A DNA stretch of 64,000 nt from contig NC_090378.1 of NCBI RefSeq assembly GCF_036365525.1, forward strand, positions 54,324,280 through 54,388,279. The letters run 5' to 3'. Source of the stretch: Heterodontus francisci. Lineage: Eukaryota. The first letter of the stretch is position 1, and each line of letters starts with the position of its first letter. Below are positions 12,640 through 25,762 of this stretch, piece after piece. The notes beneath the pieces were generated by a model. It saw only the letters and a list, made by a program, of their open reading frames with translations, was not told the origin of the DNA and ran no database searches. The translations under genes and the position numbers were made by a program.

Positions 12640-13015
12640 ATGTTCTATTTTAACTCTTCGCTTTTTTCCCTTTAAGAAATTCCCTTTTTTTAGAGGAGCT
12701 GCTTGGATGAAGTTTAACAGGTGCTTGACAGTCTCTGTTTATTTTGCTTTCAGCACTTCAGCTTGTATGTTTACACAGCTGTTCAATAGGCAGTTCAAGG
12801 TTTCCCCTTTGCATTTTTTTTGCTAGTTTATTTATGTTCTTCACGCTTGACTGGTTTACTGATTTTTTTCCGCTTGAATGCGTTAATGGAGTTTCCACAC
12901 ATTTTTTTTACTATCGGACTTAGTTTTTTTTAGTTTGCGCACTTTTCAGGGTTTTCCCCTTTTTTTCTCTGGTTCACATGAAGCCTTTAGAAAATGAATT
13001 TTGTTTTAAAACTCT
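12640..13015 (-). mobile_element. Second, more diverged Gypsy leader fragment
   Basis: Aligns by eye to 11790-12230 (e.g. GCTGCTTGGATG...TTTATTTTGCTTTCAG...CAGCTGTTCA). Confidence 0.65.
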
Positions 13016-14310
13016 TCAAGGGCTGGTATGGCAAGACAAATGAGTATTTTAATTCAAATTTGAATTAGTGCTGTATGAAAGGGGCTGAGGAGGAGCGTTT
13101 TCCATGGGATCATGGGCAGGCATCACATTTTCCAGCTGCATGGGACACATGGGTGCCCACAATGTGCCATTAGTGGTACATGCATCTGCTGGACTCATGC
13201 AAATGAGGTGTCCTGCCACTGTCCATACAAGCTCTGGGATCACACTGAATACTTTGGGGCCCCTTACTTTCTTGATTCCATTGGCCCTTTGGGATTTCAT
13301 TAACCTTGTTCTAACATTATGAATAGGATTATATTGGTAATAACCACCATTTCGTAAGTTTTTCTAGAAAGAACATATTTTCAATGTAAGCACCCTGACC
13401 TTGGTGGGATAAAGTTCCAGAACAGATTTTGCATTGTTGTGCTTGGTGTCCTTAATCCTTCAATGTCACTAAGAAGTATTGAACTCAAAAGTGATAGAAA
13501 ACTATGTATGCAAAGGCCATGAATAATATACCATATTGCTTGTCAGATTTCATTATTGTTCTATTAAATATTGGTTAGGTATTAACATTGGCACTAATAA
13601 TTTATTGGTGTTATTTTAACTGCGACCTAATGTTTCTTTCTCAGGACAAAATTGCATCTTTTATAGGAAATTGTCTTCTCGCTTTCTTTTTTTGCAAGGA
13701 CATATAGATTTCATAGCATTGTCGTGTAGAGCTTGTGTTTTAATTCAGTCAATGAGGAAAAACATAATATTGTTTCGTCCCAATTTTCTGGACCCATGTG
13801 TCAAATAATGCATTTTACAGCAGCTCTATATGCACAGGTAATATACTTACATCAATATCCATACCTTGAGCAACCATTACATCAGTACATGGGAAACACA
13901 GCTTTAAAGATACAAAATTGTCGACCAGCACTACATCACTTGTCGTTCGTAAAGGAGTTAACTTTTGGCAAGGCCTTTCTTCTGGTGATGCCTGGTCTGG
14001 AACCAAGTCGGCACATTTCATTAAAGGTTTGTTTGATATTCTGGAAAAAATTCCAAGGTGCAATTGCATTCTTTTCCAGTGATAGATCCAGGGCACAGTA
14101 AAGACCCACTAGTATGTGAAGTGTCTCATTATTGGAAGAGTGGAATTAAAACAATAAACCACTTTTGTTAAAGTCTAGTTTACTTTTTTAAATAAAATGA
14201 ACATGAATACCAGTTTAATATTAAATAATATTTAATTTTATTAAATAATAACTGCAAATACACTAATAACAGATCTAAAATATAAACAGAAAAGCTGGAA
14301 ATATTCAGCA

Positions 14311-14963
14311 TGTCCTGGGAGGGGCGTAAAATTAGGTGGGATGGCGGGGGTGCTGTGTTCGTTGCCTACCTTCCTCTGCTGATATTTTACCAGCAGTGGG
14401 GGAGGTGGTGGGCAACCCGTATGCCTTTAGGCCAATTGAGGCCCTTAATTGGCCAATTAATGGCCACTTACAGATCTCTTCCTGCCAGTGGATGGGCACT
14501 GCCACCTGAGGAGGCTGCCCAATAAAACCAGGTGGCCTCCTTGCAGGCTTGGGTGGGGCCCTGCTGATCGGGCTCTCTGTGCCCCAAGGAGGACTCTTCC
14601 AGTGGCCTGGGCTGGCGATCAGACCCCCAGCCCCTTGCTGGGGCCTGGATGATTGACCCCGGTGAGCCCCAACCCCACTTATCTCCTACTGCAGCCTCCA
14701 TCACTGACTGGGTCCGGGGCCTGCTGCAGTCCCAGCAGTGGCCACCGCTCCCATTGGCGTTGCTGGGATTGAAGAGCTGCCAGTCCTCTGACTGGCTGGC
14801 AGCTCTTGGAGGCAGGACATCCTGCCTCAGAGCAGTGGAAGCCACATCCTCAGGCAATTAATTGCGCAAAATAACATCATGGCTTCCAGGGCCAGTGGAG
14901 GCGGGCTCGCCCCAACTTTCCAGCCGGTGGGTGGGGCCACCACCTCCTTGTTAAATCCCAGCC
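14311..14963. mobile_element. GC-rich Harbinger-type MITE (left end deleted)
   Basis: Shares the GGCCAATTGAGGCCCTTAATTGGCCAATTAA block with 3555-4221. Right TIR-like end is TTAAATCCCAGCC. Confidence 0.72.
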
Positions 14964-14996
14964 AACATTTCAGGTTGATGACCTTTCATCAGCACT
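14964..14996 (-). ncRNA. Minimal hammerhead motif, disrupted by a MITE at the cleavage site
   Basis: Minus strand reads CTGATGA-A-AGGTCATCAACCT-GAAA-TG-TT, followed directly by the MITE TIR. Confidence 0.55.
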
Positions 14997-15254
14997 GGAA
15001 GAAGTTAGAGATGTAACAGGTTTTAAGCAAGTACAGAGACACAGAAAGGGTGGAGGGGAGGAAAGAACATAAGGGAAGGTCTGTGATAGGGTGGAAGGCA
15101 GAAGAGATTAAATGACAAAAGGGATGAAGGTGCAAGGCAAAATGAGACAGAGTGGGACAAATAAACAAACTGAAGATGGGTCTAGAAGAGGTGTAAATTG
15201 CAATAGTAGAATCATTATCAATAGCTGTTATCGGAAAAAATGGGAGTGGTGGTT

Positions 15255-15603
15255 ATAGTCATAGAGAGATACAGCACCGAAACAAGCCCTTTGACCCACC
15301 AAGTCTGTGCTGACTACCAACCACCCATTTATACTAATCCTACATTAACCCCATATTTCCTAAAACATCCCCACAATTCTCCTACCTACACTAGGGGCAA
15401 TTTACAATGGCCAATTTACTGATCAACCTGCAAGTCTTTGGCTGTGGAAGGAAGCCAGAGCACCCCACAGAAACCCACGCGGTCACAGGGAGAACTTGCA
15501 AACTCCGCACAGGCAGGACCCAGAACTGACTCTGGGTCGCTGGAGCTGTGAGGCTGTGGTGCTAGCCACTGCGCCACTGTGCCACTGTGCCACTGTGCCA
15601 CCC
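15255..15603 (-). mobile_element. HE1-like SINE (diverged)
   Basis: Homologous to 1-342. Has a GCCACTGT tandem expansion at its 5' end. Confidence 0.88.
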
Positions 15604-17039
15604 TATGATCTACCCGTTATGATCTGAAAGTGTTGGATTCAGTGTTGAGTCTGGAAGGCTGTAAAGTGCCTAATCAAAAGATGAGGTGTTCCTCGAGCTT
15701 CCATTAAGCTTCATTAGAACACTGTAGGAGACAAGGGCCAGAGAGGTCAGTGTGGGGGTGGGGCAGAGAATTAAAATGACAGGTGACCAGAAGCTTATGG
15801 TCACGCTTGCGGACTAAACAGCAGTGTTCTGCAAAGCAATCACCCAATCTATGTTTGATCTCCCCAATGTTGAGAAGACAACATCCTGAAAAGCAAGTAC
15901 AGTATATGAAATTGAAAGAGGTACAAGCAAGTCACTGATTCACTTGGAAGGAGTTTTTGGGCCCTGGTGGTGGGAAGAGAGGAGGTAAAAGGGGAGGTGT
16001 TGCATCTCCTGTTCTTGCACGGGAAGACACTATGGGAAAGGGAGGGGGTTTTGGGTGATGATAAGTGGACCAGGGTGTCGTGGAGGGAATGGTTCCATCG
16101 GAATGCTGAAAGGGGAGGGAAGGGGAAGATGCATTTGGTAAGGGCAACATGCTGGATGTGGCCACTGCTGATGATCCATTGAATGTGGAGGCTGGTGGGA
16201 TGTAAAGATGAGAAACTCTATTGTGGTTCTGGGCGTCGGCCGGGGAAGGGGTGAAAGCAGAAATGCGGAAAATGGGATGGACACTGTCGGGGACCCTGTC
16301 AACCACAGTGGAGGGAATCTTTGGTTAAGAAAAAGGAAGGCATCCTAAATAGAATGAAAGTCGTGATTATACAGTGAAATGTCTAGAACATTAAAATGTC
16401 TATGCATGTAACATCAGTTGGCATGCTGTACAGTTTCTACTTTAGAAAGCAGGTGGTCAATTATTTCATGCAACCAGTCCTTCCAACCTCGTGTTTCAAG
16501 TGTACATGTTTATACAAGTCCAAGACTCTGTCCAGACATGTAAGCATCATTACAGTCATTTGGCATCTTGTCACCAGTATACTCGAGCATGTAATTATCT
16601 CCTTATGAAGACCTAGTGTATTTAGCTCTCTCTATCTAGGTCTTTGAGAATCAAAGAAAAAATTCCTACCCAGATCTAACTCTCATTAATGAGAAGATTT
16701 GTTTGTTCTCACCTTCCTGACCCATGTCACATTTTTAAATGGCCTTTGTGTACAGCACTTCTCATCATATTAGTTTAATTCATATGGCAATTAATCTGTT
16801 CAGCTGTGAAAGAAATTTACAGCATGCAGTGAGTAGCTTTGTTTCCATCAGGGATAATATTATGATGGCCTTGTTTATGTGGCACTCTGATATACAATAA
16901 AACTGCCACCAATGACTGTGGTCAATTATTGAAAATTTAAGGACATGTTACTAGTAATGAGAGTGAACAACATAGTTAACCTTTTGATTCCTGTTTAGTG
17001 GGAAATGTTTTTTGCAATTGATGCAAAACAAATCACACT

Positions 17040-17556
17040 GGGCTAAATTCTATAAACCTGCCGGCGAAATCAGCGACCGGCGAAATAAATAGCGGCCCAC
17101 ACACGCCAAAGAGAAGTCGCAATTCGAAGCGTGGCAGCTTATTTAAATGGCCGGGGCATGCGCCACTCCCCTCTCCCAATCATGTGGAGGGAGCAGAATG
17201 TCCGTCCCTGGCAATGGCGTCAGCTGCCTATGCACAGGCGCTGACACCATTTGTAAAGGGCTGATAGCTCTACCGGCAAATTTAACTATTTAAAGAAAGT
17301 TTAAATGAAATTAAATAAATCCATCTCTTTTGCCCCTCTCCTGTCCCCCAAAAACAATTAAATTAATTATTTTCCCTTCCCCCCAAAAGATTTACCTTTA
17401 CCATCTGACCTTCCCCCCCGACCCCGCCATCTGCACAAACTTTAAACTATAACCCTTCCCACCATCTCCTACACCCATGATCCCGCTCCCCCCACCCCGC
17501 ACTGAGAAACATATCTCCTCCCCCCTCCCCAACAGTGTTGTGCCTCATTTCCCCGG
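17040..17556. mobile_element. Partial Harbinger-type MITE
   Basis: Starts GGGCTAAATT. Internal blocks resemble 17892-18420. No second TIR. Confidence 0.6.
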
Positions 17557-17891
17557 AAGAAATGACATTATATTTCTGATTATGTCTTTACTTCTGCAGA
17601 ATCCTGAGGCTTAGCTTAATGAGATACCCTAATTTGGTTCTTGTTGATAGTGCAGGCTTTAGAATTCAGTTTGTATTGATTTATCAGGAGAAAGTCTGGT
17701 GCCAGGCTATTGAGTAGTTTTAATCATCTTACATCGATCACAAATGTTATAAACATAATTGACTTAGGCCAGTACATTGTTCAAAAAAGCAGCTGAGATG
17801 TTTTACCGGAAATAATGTTGTTTAGCTGTACGGTATATATTTTTGTTCCATCCACAAGTGCATCGCCAAGCTCTCTGTCACTGGACACATC

Positions 17892-18711
17892 GGGCTGGAT
17901 TTTTCAAGCTCACTGGCAATCTCGGCGATGAGCTTCAAGAACGGCGCGTCGCATGCGCAAGATGTGCACCGCGGAGCTACCAGGATATTTAGCACGGCAG
18001 ATCATATAAATGGAGGGGGCAGAACGACTGCCCCCGCTCCATCCCTGGCAACAGCGTCTGGTGGCACCGTGCAGGCTCTGGAACCATTTTTAAAGGGCTT
18101 TAGGCCCTTCGGACTCAAAAAAATTTTAAAGTCGCAGAATCTTGACAAATAAAGTTAGACATTTATTTACATTTTCAATCCCCTCTCCCACACTCCCAAT
18201 GACTAATCAATTCATTAATTACCCTTTCCCCCCCAAAAAAACTTTTATTCCGATCCTGACCTCTCCCCCCCGCGAGATTTATTAACTTTAACCCTCAACC
18301 CCTTCCCAACATCTGCTCAACCAATTGGAAGAGTTTTCCCCGCTCTCCCCCCCACCGCCCTAAAAATTTCACTCCTCCCTCCTCCTTCCTCCCCACCAGT
18401 GTTTTGCCTCGGATCGCCGAATGGAGATCCGAAGGCGCGGGAGTTCCAGCAACCTGTCGGAATATCGGACCCGAACGGCTGTCATTGCAAGGTAAATTAT
18501 TATTCATTAATTACAATTTATTTTAATATTTAAATTAAGTCTCCGTCGCCATGCGGCAGGTGGGCTGCCACAAGGCCTTGCTGCCGCCAGTAAAATAGAG
18601 CGAGGCCTTCCCAGCATCGAGGCCCATGGTGGGCCTCTCCTGGAGATATTTTCTGGGCCCCCCCCCCACCGCCACGACCCCCGATGTCGGGGGGCTGGTA
18701 AAATCCAGTCC
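17892..18711. mobile_element. Harbinger-type MITE
   Basis: TIRs GGGCTGGATTTT / AAAATCCAGTCC. TSD ATC/ATC. Inverted relative of 49245-50025. Confidence 0.85.
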
Positions 18712-19004
18712 ATCATTTCCCCATCCCACTCCCATTCTAACCTCTGTGTTATTGGCCATTTACACTGTTTCAGTGAAGCTCAATGTAAGCTAAGGAGCAG
18801 CCATTTAACCTTAATATTAACTTTAATAATTTCAGATATAAACTATAGCTCCCACTTTGTTTTGGCAGGATAATTAATTGCAAGATAATCATGGTGAGGA
18901 TGGCTATGTCGCCCAACCTAATCTGTCCATTCAAAAAGGTCCTAATATCCACCCATTATAGTATCCAATCCTTATCCAATAGCTATCTGTCCTAAAATTA
19001 CCTT

Positions 19005-19485
19005 TAATTAATTTGAAGATGTGTTTAGGACTAAAAGGGTTAAGTTATGATGACAGATTACATAGAAGAGGCTCGTATTCCATCTAGTATAGAAGATTAA
19101 GGGGTGATCTAATTGAGGTGTTTAAAAAATGTTATAGGATAAGGTAATTAGAAAGAGATAATTTCCTCTAGTGGGTAGATTAGAACAAAGGAGCATAAAC
19201 TTAAAATTAGAGCTGGACCATTCAGGGGTGATGTCGGGAAGCACTTCTTCACACATAGGGTAGGGAAAATCTGGAACTCTTTCCCAAAAAGCTGTTGAGG
19301 CTAGGCCAATTGAAAATTTCAAAACTGAGATTGACAAGTTTTTGTTAGGTAAGGGTATTAAAGAGATATGGAACCAAGACAGGTAATCAGAGTTAAGATA
19401 AAGATTAGTCACAATCTAATTGAATGACAGCAGAACAGGCTTGAGGGGCTGAATGACCAACTTAGTTCCTATGCTACTATGTTCC
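19005..19485 (+). mobile_element. CR1 LINE 3' fragment
   Basis: RRLRGDLIEVFK...RSINLKL..FFTHRV-like remnant plus a CR1 3' tail. Confidence 0.8.
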
Positions 19486-19554
19486 TGTGTCTCCTAGGTG
19501 TACTCCTGCAACTTAATTTAAAGAAATGTTCTAGTTGACTTTTTCAATAAACTT

Positions 19555-20270
19555 AAGAATTGTATATAGCCTTCTTTCTAGACTAAAAAGCTGAAGTCTC
19601 TCCAGTCCTTCCTTCAAACTCAAAAATTTTTGTGCTGAAGATCAGCCTCATGGTTTATCTCTGCACTGTCTCCAGTACTTGTTTCTTGGCAATTGGAATT
19701 GGATGCATTATTTAAGGTGTGATTTGACTAAAGAACTATAGTTTGATCAGTACCTCCTCTGAGATATCCTCTTGTTTTGTTTATGTAGTTCAAATTTTGT
19801 TAGTTTTGTTGAATACTGCTCTCCGTTGATTAGATATGTTTGGCGTCAAGTTTACGACCGCTAGATCTCCTTCAACCTTATTCTTAGCTATTACAACATA
19901 ATTGATGGAGTATGCATGTTGTCCTTTTTTTTCTTATGTCTAAATTTGTTTGAATTAAATTAGATCTGCCATTGTTCTTTAGCCTTACATATTTTGCCCA
20001 ATTCCTTCTGTAATTTCTCACTGCCTCTTTTGATTTTGCCTCCACATTCTAATTTGGTATCATTTACAAATTTAACTGCTTTGCAATGAATTTTTGAATC
20101 TAGCTCATTGATGTAAATTAGCAATAGTAGTGATCCCAGTACCAAGTCGTGAGGGACCCCACTCAGTATTTCCTCCCTATTTTAACATAACTACGCTAAT
20201 GAACGTTCATTGTTTCCTACCTTTCAACCATTTTAAAAAATCTATTTCCATGGTTTATCCTGAATCCGCA
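19555..20270 (-). mobile_element. Old CR1 RT fragment
   Basis: VLGSLLLLIYINELDS...VKFVNDTKL. Confidence 0.7.
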
Positions 20271-20289
20271 AAGCGTTAATTAATAGCTT

Positions 20290-21721
20290 CATGTGAAAAG
20301 CCTAACTCTACACTAGCCTTTAAGGCACATGCAGAGCCAGTATCAGAGCTGGTGGCTACAAGTATTAGATCAAACCACAATGCTTCTTCATCAGTGCTGC
20401 GCTGTTGCTGTCTCTCTTCCTCGTGGGTGTGCTGTGATTGAGCAGACAACAGTTCATGCATCTTAGTGCAAGAAATCACAGAGGGAAGTTTGGGGTGAGG
20501 GAAGTTGGGGGTGGGTAGGATGAAAAACAAGAGGTCCGTGGTCACACCATCTGCAGCTTGCTTATCTAGATAGCAGGATGAGGGTGTGCCGGGAGTTGAG
20601 AAGGGGCATAAGGCAGTAAAATACCGTCATCCTCAGCAACTCCATAATGCAGGGAACTATCTGTTCTGTAGGGCTCAGGAGATGCAGGTGTTCTTGTCCC
20701 CCACAGGTTCTGCTCTGCTTCTTCCTGATATGAACCAGCTTGTTCTGCAAGAGAGTGGGAAGAATATCAGTGATTATGTCGCACTGTGTTTGGGTGATGT
20801 GCCTGCCATAGCTGAATAGCTGGTGGTATATGAATGTTATATCTAGAAAGCCAGTTGGTGAGGGATAGAACTAGAACCAATCTTTACACATTTTTATATT
20901 TATTTAAAGAGTTGTACAGTACAAGCATGCACCTCCTAACCCAATAACCACAGTTTCACTCTGTGTCTACTTATAGGAATTTAAGTGAATCACCAATTAA
21001 TGCCCACCACCTGCATACAATTAAACACAATTAATATACAATCAACAGCAGAGGTAGTGAGAGGTGGGTGTGAGGCTGGCAGCATTGAATGTTTTTGAGG
21101 CTGAGGAGGAGCATCTGGACATTAGGCATGAGACCTGAGTGCTAGGGGCTGCTGATGGTGAGTGATGGATGTGTGTACATTGAGAGGCTGGCAGTGCAGT
21201 GGTACAAGGTGTCCTGTGAAGATGAATTCATTAACCTTGACCTCCCTTGTCACCAACTCCCATTCCCTTCTGAGCATGGTGCTTAAGGGCCTCCTGGCCC
21301 CCCCATGGAAACATAGCCACTCTCTTACTGTCTGCCTCCACCCCCGTAAGGCTTCTAGCACTGTATCTGTGAATCTGAGAGCCCATTCTCTACCTTGATA
21401 CTTCATTTTCCTTCTTTAGAATTGCAGAAATAGCATTCAGCAACAGCTTCCCGTGATTCAGTGCAGCTTTCCTTTAAAATAGACAGATTGTCTTTAAGAA
21501 GATTAAGCTGTCTGTACCATGTGCTCTCTGCAAATGTAGCTCAGCCCTCTGCTAGCGCTCAGGCAGTCAGCAGTACGGGCTCTGCTCAGACCAACTCTAC
21601 AATCATTTAAATGGAAAAGCAGCACAAAATCTGCTACTACCTAGCTCCACAGCAACAGGTGTGGGCAGGTCATGAATCGCAATCCCCGTGCCCAAGCAAC
21701 ACCTGGACCAATTTCTAGCCC
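20290..21721 (-). pseudogene. Harbinger Myb/SANT partner gene remnant with TIR end
   Basis: MKYQGREWALRFTDTVLEAL..RRPLSTMLRREWELVTREV, a second block NKLVHIRKKQSRTCGGQEHLHLLSPTEQ and a third ..DLILVATSSDTGS. TIR-like AATTTCTAGCCC at ~21710-21721. Confidence 0.7.
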
Positions 21722-21739
21722 GATGTGTCTCTAGTTGCC

Positions 21740-22335
21740 TGTTTCTGTTTTGTCACCTTTTTTCTACATGTCATCACTTTACTCTGTTTCCTAGAACCTC
21801 TCCAGTATCTATTGAAACCCTCATAATTATCAATGGAGCCTTCCCTCATCTCTGACTGTTGTGGCACTGAAAGGGTTTTTTGCTGTTAGGCCTAGCTTCA
21901 ACTCCTGTACATCTTTAAGGTCCCACTTTGACCATATGATGACTCTTTTAACATGTTCTTGCCTTACTTTGTATTTGTCTCAGTGAGCCTCTTTTCCTTT
22001 TTTCTTGTAGGAATTGTACAGACTTCTTTTGCTTTATCTCATTTGTAATTTGTTTAGTACTCAAATTTTGATTCACATTTGCTTGTTGGTTTTGGGAGTG
22101 CCTTTATCCTGCAGGCTCAGCATTACACCTTTAAAAGAGTTCCAATTGTTTCCTACTAAATCATTGTTGAACAAGCTTCCCCAATTTATTTGTTTTGGTT
22201 GTTCACTTATTTCATTGAATTTAGCCCTTTTGGTCTTGAGCATTTCTGACTTCCATTTCTGTCCTTCCATGTTTTGTATATGTTATGAGTCACTAACAAA
22301 TACCAATGAAGACTTATGGATTCCTAAACAGATAC
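21740..22335 (-). mobile_element. Old CR1 ORF2 fragment
   Basis: RAKFNEISEQPKQINWGSLF..NWNSFKGVMLSLQDK..PK, resembling the CR1 EN-RT linker. Confidence 0.55.
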
Positions 22336-23351
22336 GCTGATTATTAACGACCTTGGCCCAGTGTAATTGGAGTGATATCAGGCCGAAAATACCACCCTGT
22401 CTAAGCTGGTGCTGTGGCTGCTGCCATTTTGAATCAGTTCTGGAGATGGGTAGCCAGAGTTTCCTGTTTCCGACGGGAGGCCACTTGTAATATGCAATTT
22501 TAGGTCCTTGGAATGACAAACACAGCTCCAATGTATGACCCATAAATACTAAAAATTATATGGATCAGATATTTCAATCCTAAACTATCACATGGTTTGG
22601 ACAAATCAGGAGGCCACCACAAAAAATTTGGTTTGGACACAGGGATTGATTTTTCAGACATTGCTATCACATTTGTACCAGTTCAGTAGGTGTAACATTG
22701 TGGGAAAAGGGGCATAAACATGTACTTTTGTGTTTGTGTATGATTCACATTCCAGTGGTTGAACAGGAAGCTTCCACCTGAAATTGGCTTAAATGTATAA
22801 ATCATATGATAATGACACAAAAATGATGTAGTAATGTCATGTGTATCACATTGTACCCTTTACACTGCACACCCAACGCTTTTAATGGCTGCCTATATAA
22901 ATGAGCACTCACAGTTGCTAGGTGATAAACAAATCCATTTATTTACTTTTGCCTCAGTTTTTGGCTTCTTAATATTTGTCTTTTTCTGCAGAGATCCAGG
23001 CTCTGATTTTTAAAAGGAGAGCCGGAATGGTGCAAGCAAACCCCAAAGTAGACTGAGCTCCCAGGGAATCTGGGGACGTAGAAGCCCTGCAGATCTTAAC
23101 AGCAGGGTCTCATATAAATAAATGCTCCCTCGAACCTACTATTTGGCTGGCAGGTGGGAATGAGAATTTTGCAGCAAGAGACAGCCATGGGAATGGTTCT
23201 CAGCAGTCAGTAGCAGGAGCAGCCTGGAAGTGCTTGGGAGGGGTGGGCAGTTCTGCTACTATCAGGATAGTCTATGGTTTAAATGAAGCCCAGTGGTTAA
23301 AATCACCTAAGACCTCCTGCTGCCACAGGTAGGCAGAAAATTAACTTGCAC

Positions 23352-25762
23352 CATAAGAACATAAGAATTAGGAGCAGGAGGAGGCAATTCAACCCCTCGA
23401 GCCTGCTCTGTCATTCAATACGATCATGGCTAATCTCATCTCGGCCTCAACTCCATTTTCCTGCCTATTCTCCATAACCCTTCAACCCATAACTAATTAA
23501 AAATCTGTCTCTCTCCTCCTTAAATTTACTCAATGTCCCAGCATCCACCGCACACTGGGGTAGTGAATTCCACAGACTCACAACCCTTTGAGCGAAGTAA
23601 TTTCTCCTCATCTCTGTTTTAAATCTGCTACCCCTTATTCTAAAAGTATGACCGCTCGTTCTAGATCGACCCACCAGAGGAAATATCGTCTCTACATCTA
23701 CTTTGTCAATCCCCTTAATCATCTTATATACCTCAATTAGATCTCCTCTGATTCTTCTAAACTCCAGAGAGTAAAGGCCTAAACTGCTCAATCTCTCTTC
23801 ATAAGACAAGCCTCTCATCTCTGGAATCAATCTAGTGAACCTCCTCTGAACTGCCTCCAATGCAACTACATCCCTCCTCAAGTAAGGGGACCGAAAACTG
23901 TACGCAATACTCCAGGTGCGGTTTCACTAATGCCTTGTTCAGTTGCAGCAACACTTCCATACTTTCATACTCTATTCCTTTAGCAATAAATGCCAAAATT
24001 CCATTTGCCTTCCTTATTACCTGTTGCACCTGCATACTAGTTTTCTGCGATTCATGCACAAGGACACCCAAATCCCTCTGCACCGAAGCACTCTGAAGTT
24101 TCTCTCCATTTAGATAATAATTTGCCTTTCCATTCTTTCGACCAAAATGGATAACCTCATAGTTATCCACGTTAAACTACATCAGCCAAATGTTTGCCCA
24201 TTCACCTAACCTATCCATATCCATTTGTAAATTTCTTATTTCTTTATTGCAACTTACTATCCCACCTATTTTAGTGTCATCTGCAAATTTGGCTATAGTA
24301 CCTTCTATCCCTGCATCCAAGTCATTAATATAGATTGTAAATAGTTGGGGCCCGAGGACCGAACCCTGTGGCACACCACTGGTTACATCTTGCCAACCAG
24401 AAAAGGACCCATTTATCCCGACTCTGTTTTCTGTTGGTTAGCCAATCCTCTAACCAAGCTAATAAATTATCCCTAACCCCATGTGATCTTACCTTGTGTA
24501 TTAACCTTTTGTGTGGCACCTTATCAAATGCCTTCTGCAAGTTCAGATATACTACATCTACAGGATCCCCATTATCCACTTTGCTTGTTACATCTTCGAA
24601 GAACTCCTGCAAATTAGTCAAACACGATTTACCCTTCATATTGCGTTTTGACTTTCTAAATGTCCTGTTATTACTTCCTTAATAATGGATTCTAACAATT
24701 TCCCAATAACAGATGTTAAACTAACTGGTCTGTAGTTTCCTACTTTCTGCCTCTCTCCCTTTTTGAATAAGGGTGTTATATTAGCATTTTTCCAATCCAC
24801 TGGAACCTTCCTGCATCCAGGGAATTTTGGAATATTATAACCAATGTATCCACTATCTCCGCTGCCACTTCCTTTAAGACCTTAGGATGTAGGCCATCAG
24901 GCCCTGGGGACTTGTCTGCCTTCAATCCCAATAGTTTGCTCAGCACTTTTTCCCTCGTGATGATGATTGTTTTAAGATCCTCCCTTTCTGTAACCTCTGC
25001 ATTTCCTGTTACTATTGGGATGGTACTAATGTCCTCCACCGTGAAAACTGAGGAAAAGTATTGATTTAGTGTCTCCGCCATTTCTGTGTTCCCCACTATT
25101 AACTCCCAGTCACATCCTCCAAGGGACCAACATTCACTTTAGCTACCCTCTTCCCTTTTATATACTTATGGAAGCTTTTGCTATCCATTTTTATATGTTG
25201 CACTGGTGTTCTTTCATAATTTACCTTTGCTCTTTTTATTATTTTTTTAGTAACCTTTTGTTGATCTTTAAAATTTTCCCAATCTTCCAGCCTACCACTG
25301 GCTTTTGCAATATGGTATGCCTTAGTTTTTGTCTTTATGTTATCCTTAACCTCCTTGCTTAGCCATGGATGTTTTTTCCACCTCTTACAATCTTTCTTCC
25401 TCTCTGGAATATATTTTAGTTGGGAGGAATTGAATATCTGCCACTGCTCATCAACTGTCCTACCTTATAGTCTTCCTGCCCAGTCCACCAGGGCCAAATC
25501 TGTCCTCATGCCTATGTAATTACCTTTGTTTAACTCCAGAACACGAGTTTCGCGCCCTCAAACTGAATTTGAAATTCTAGCATGCTATGATCACTCTTCC
25601 CTGGAGGATCCTTAACTATGAGATCATTAATTAATCCCACCTCATTACATAATACCAAATCTAAAATAGCCTCCTCCCTGGTTGGTTCCACAACATATTG
25701 CTCCAAAAAAAATCTTGAATACATTCAATGAACTCTCCCTTGAGGTTGCTCTTGCCAATTTG
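23352..25762 (-). mobile_element. CR1 LINE ORF2 (late EN to RT to 3' tail), decayed
   Basis: KSPGPDGLHP, KSCLTNL, QKAFDKVPH, PQGSVLGP, KFADDTK and HLEYCVQF motifs. (TTCTTATG)n tail. Confidence 0.93.

Larger units (their letters stand above)
14265..16330 (-). mobile_element. Decayed Penelope-like element (RT C-terminus, GIY-YIG endonuclease, 3' terminal repeat with HHR)
   Basis: Minus-strand translation gives GPKNSFQV...FNFIYCTCFSGCCLLNIGEIKHRLGDCFAEH, resembling the GIY-YIG YIGETKRRL..RF.EH motif. HHR core at 14964-14992. Interrupted by a MITE and a SINE. Confidence 0.8.
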
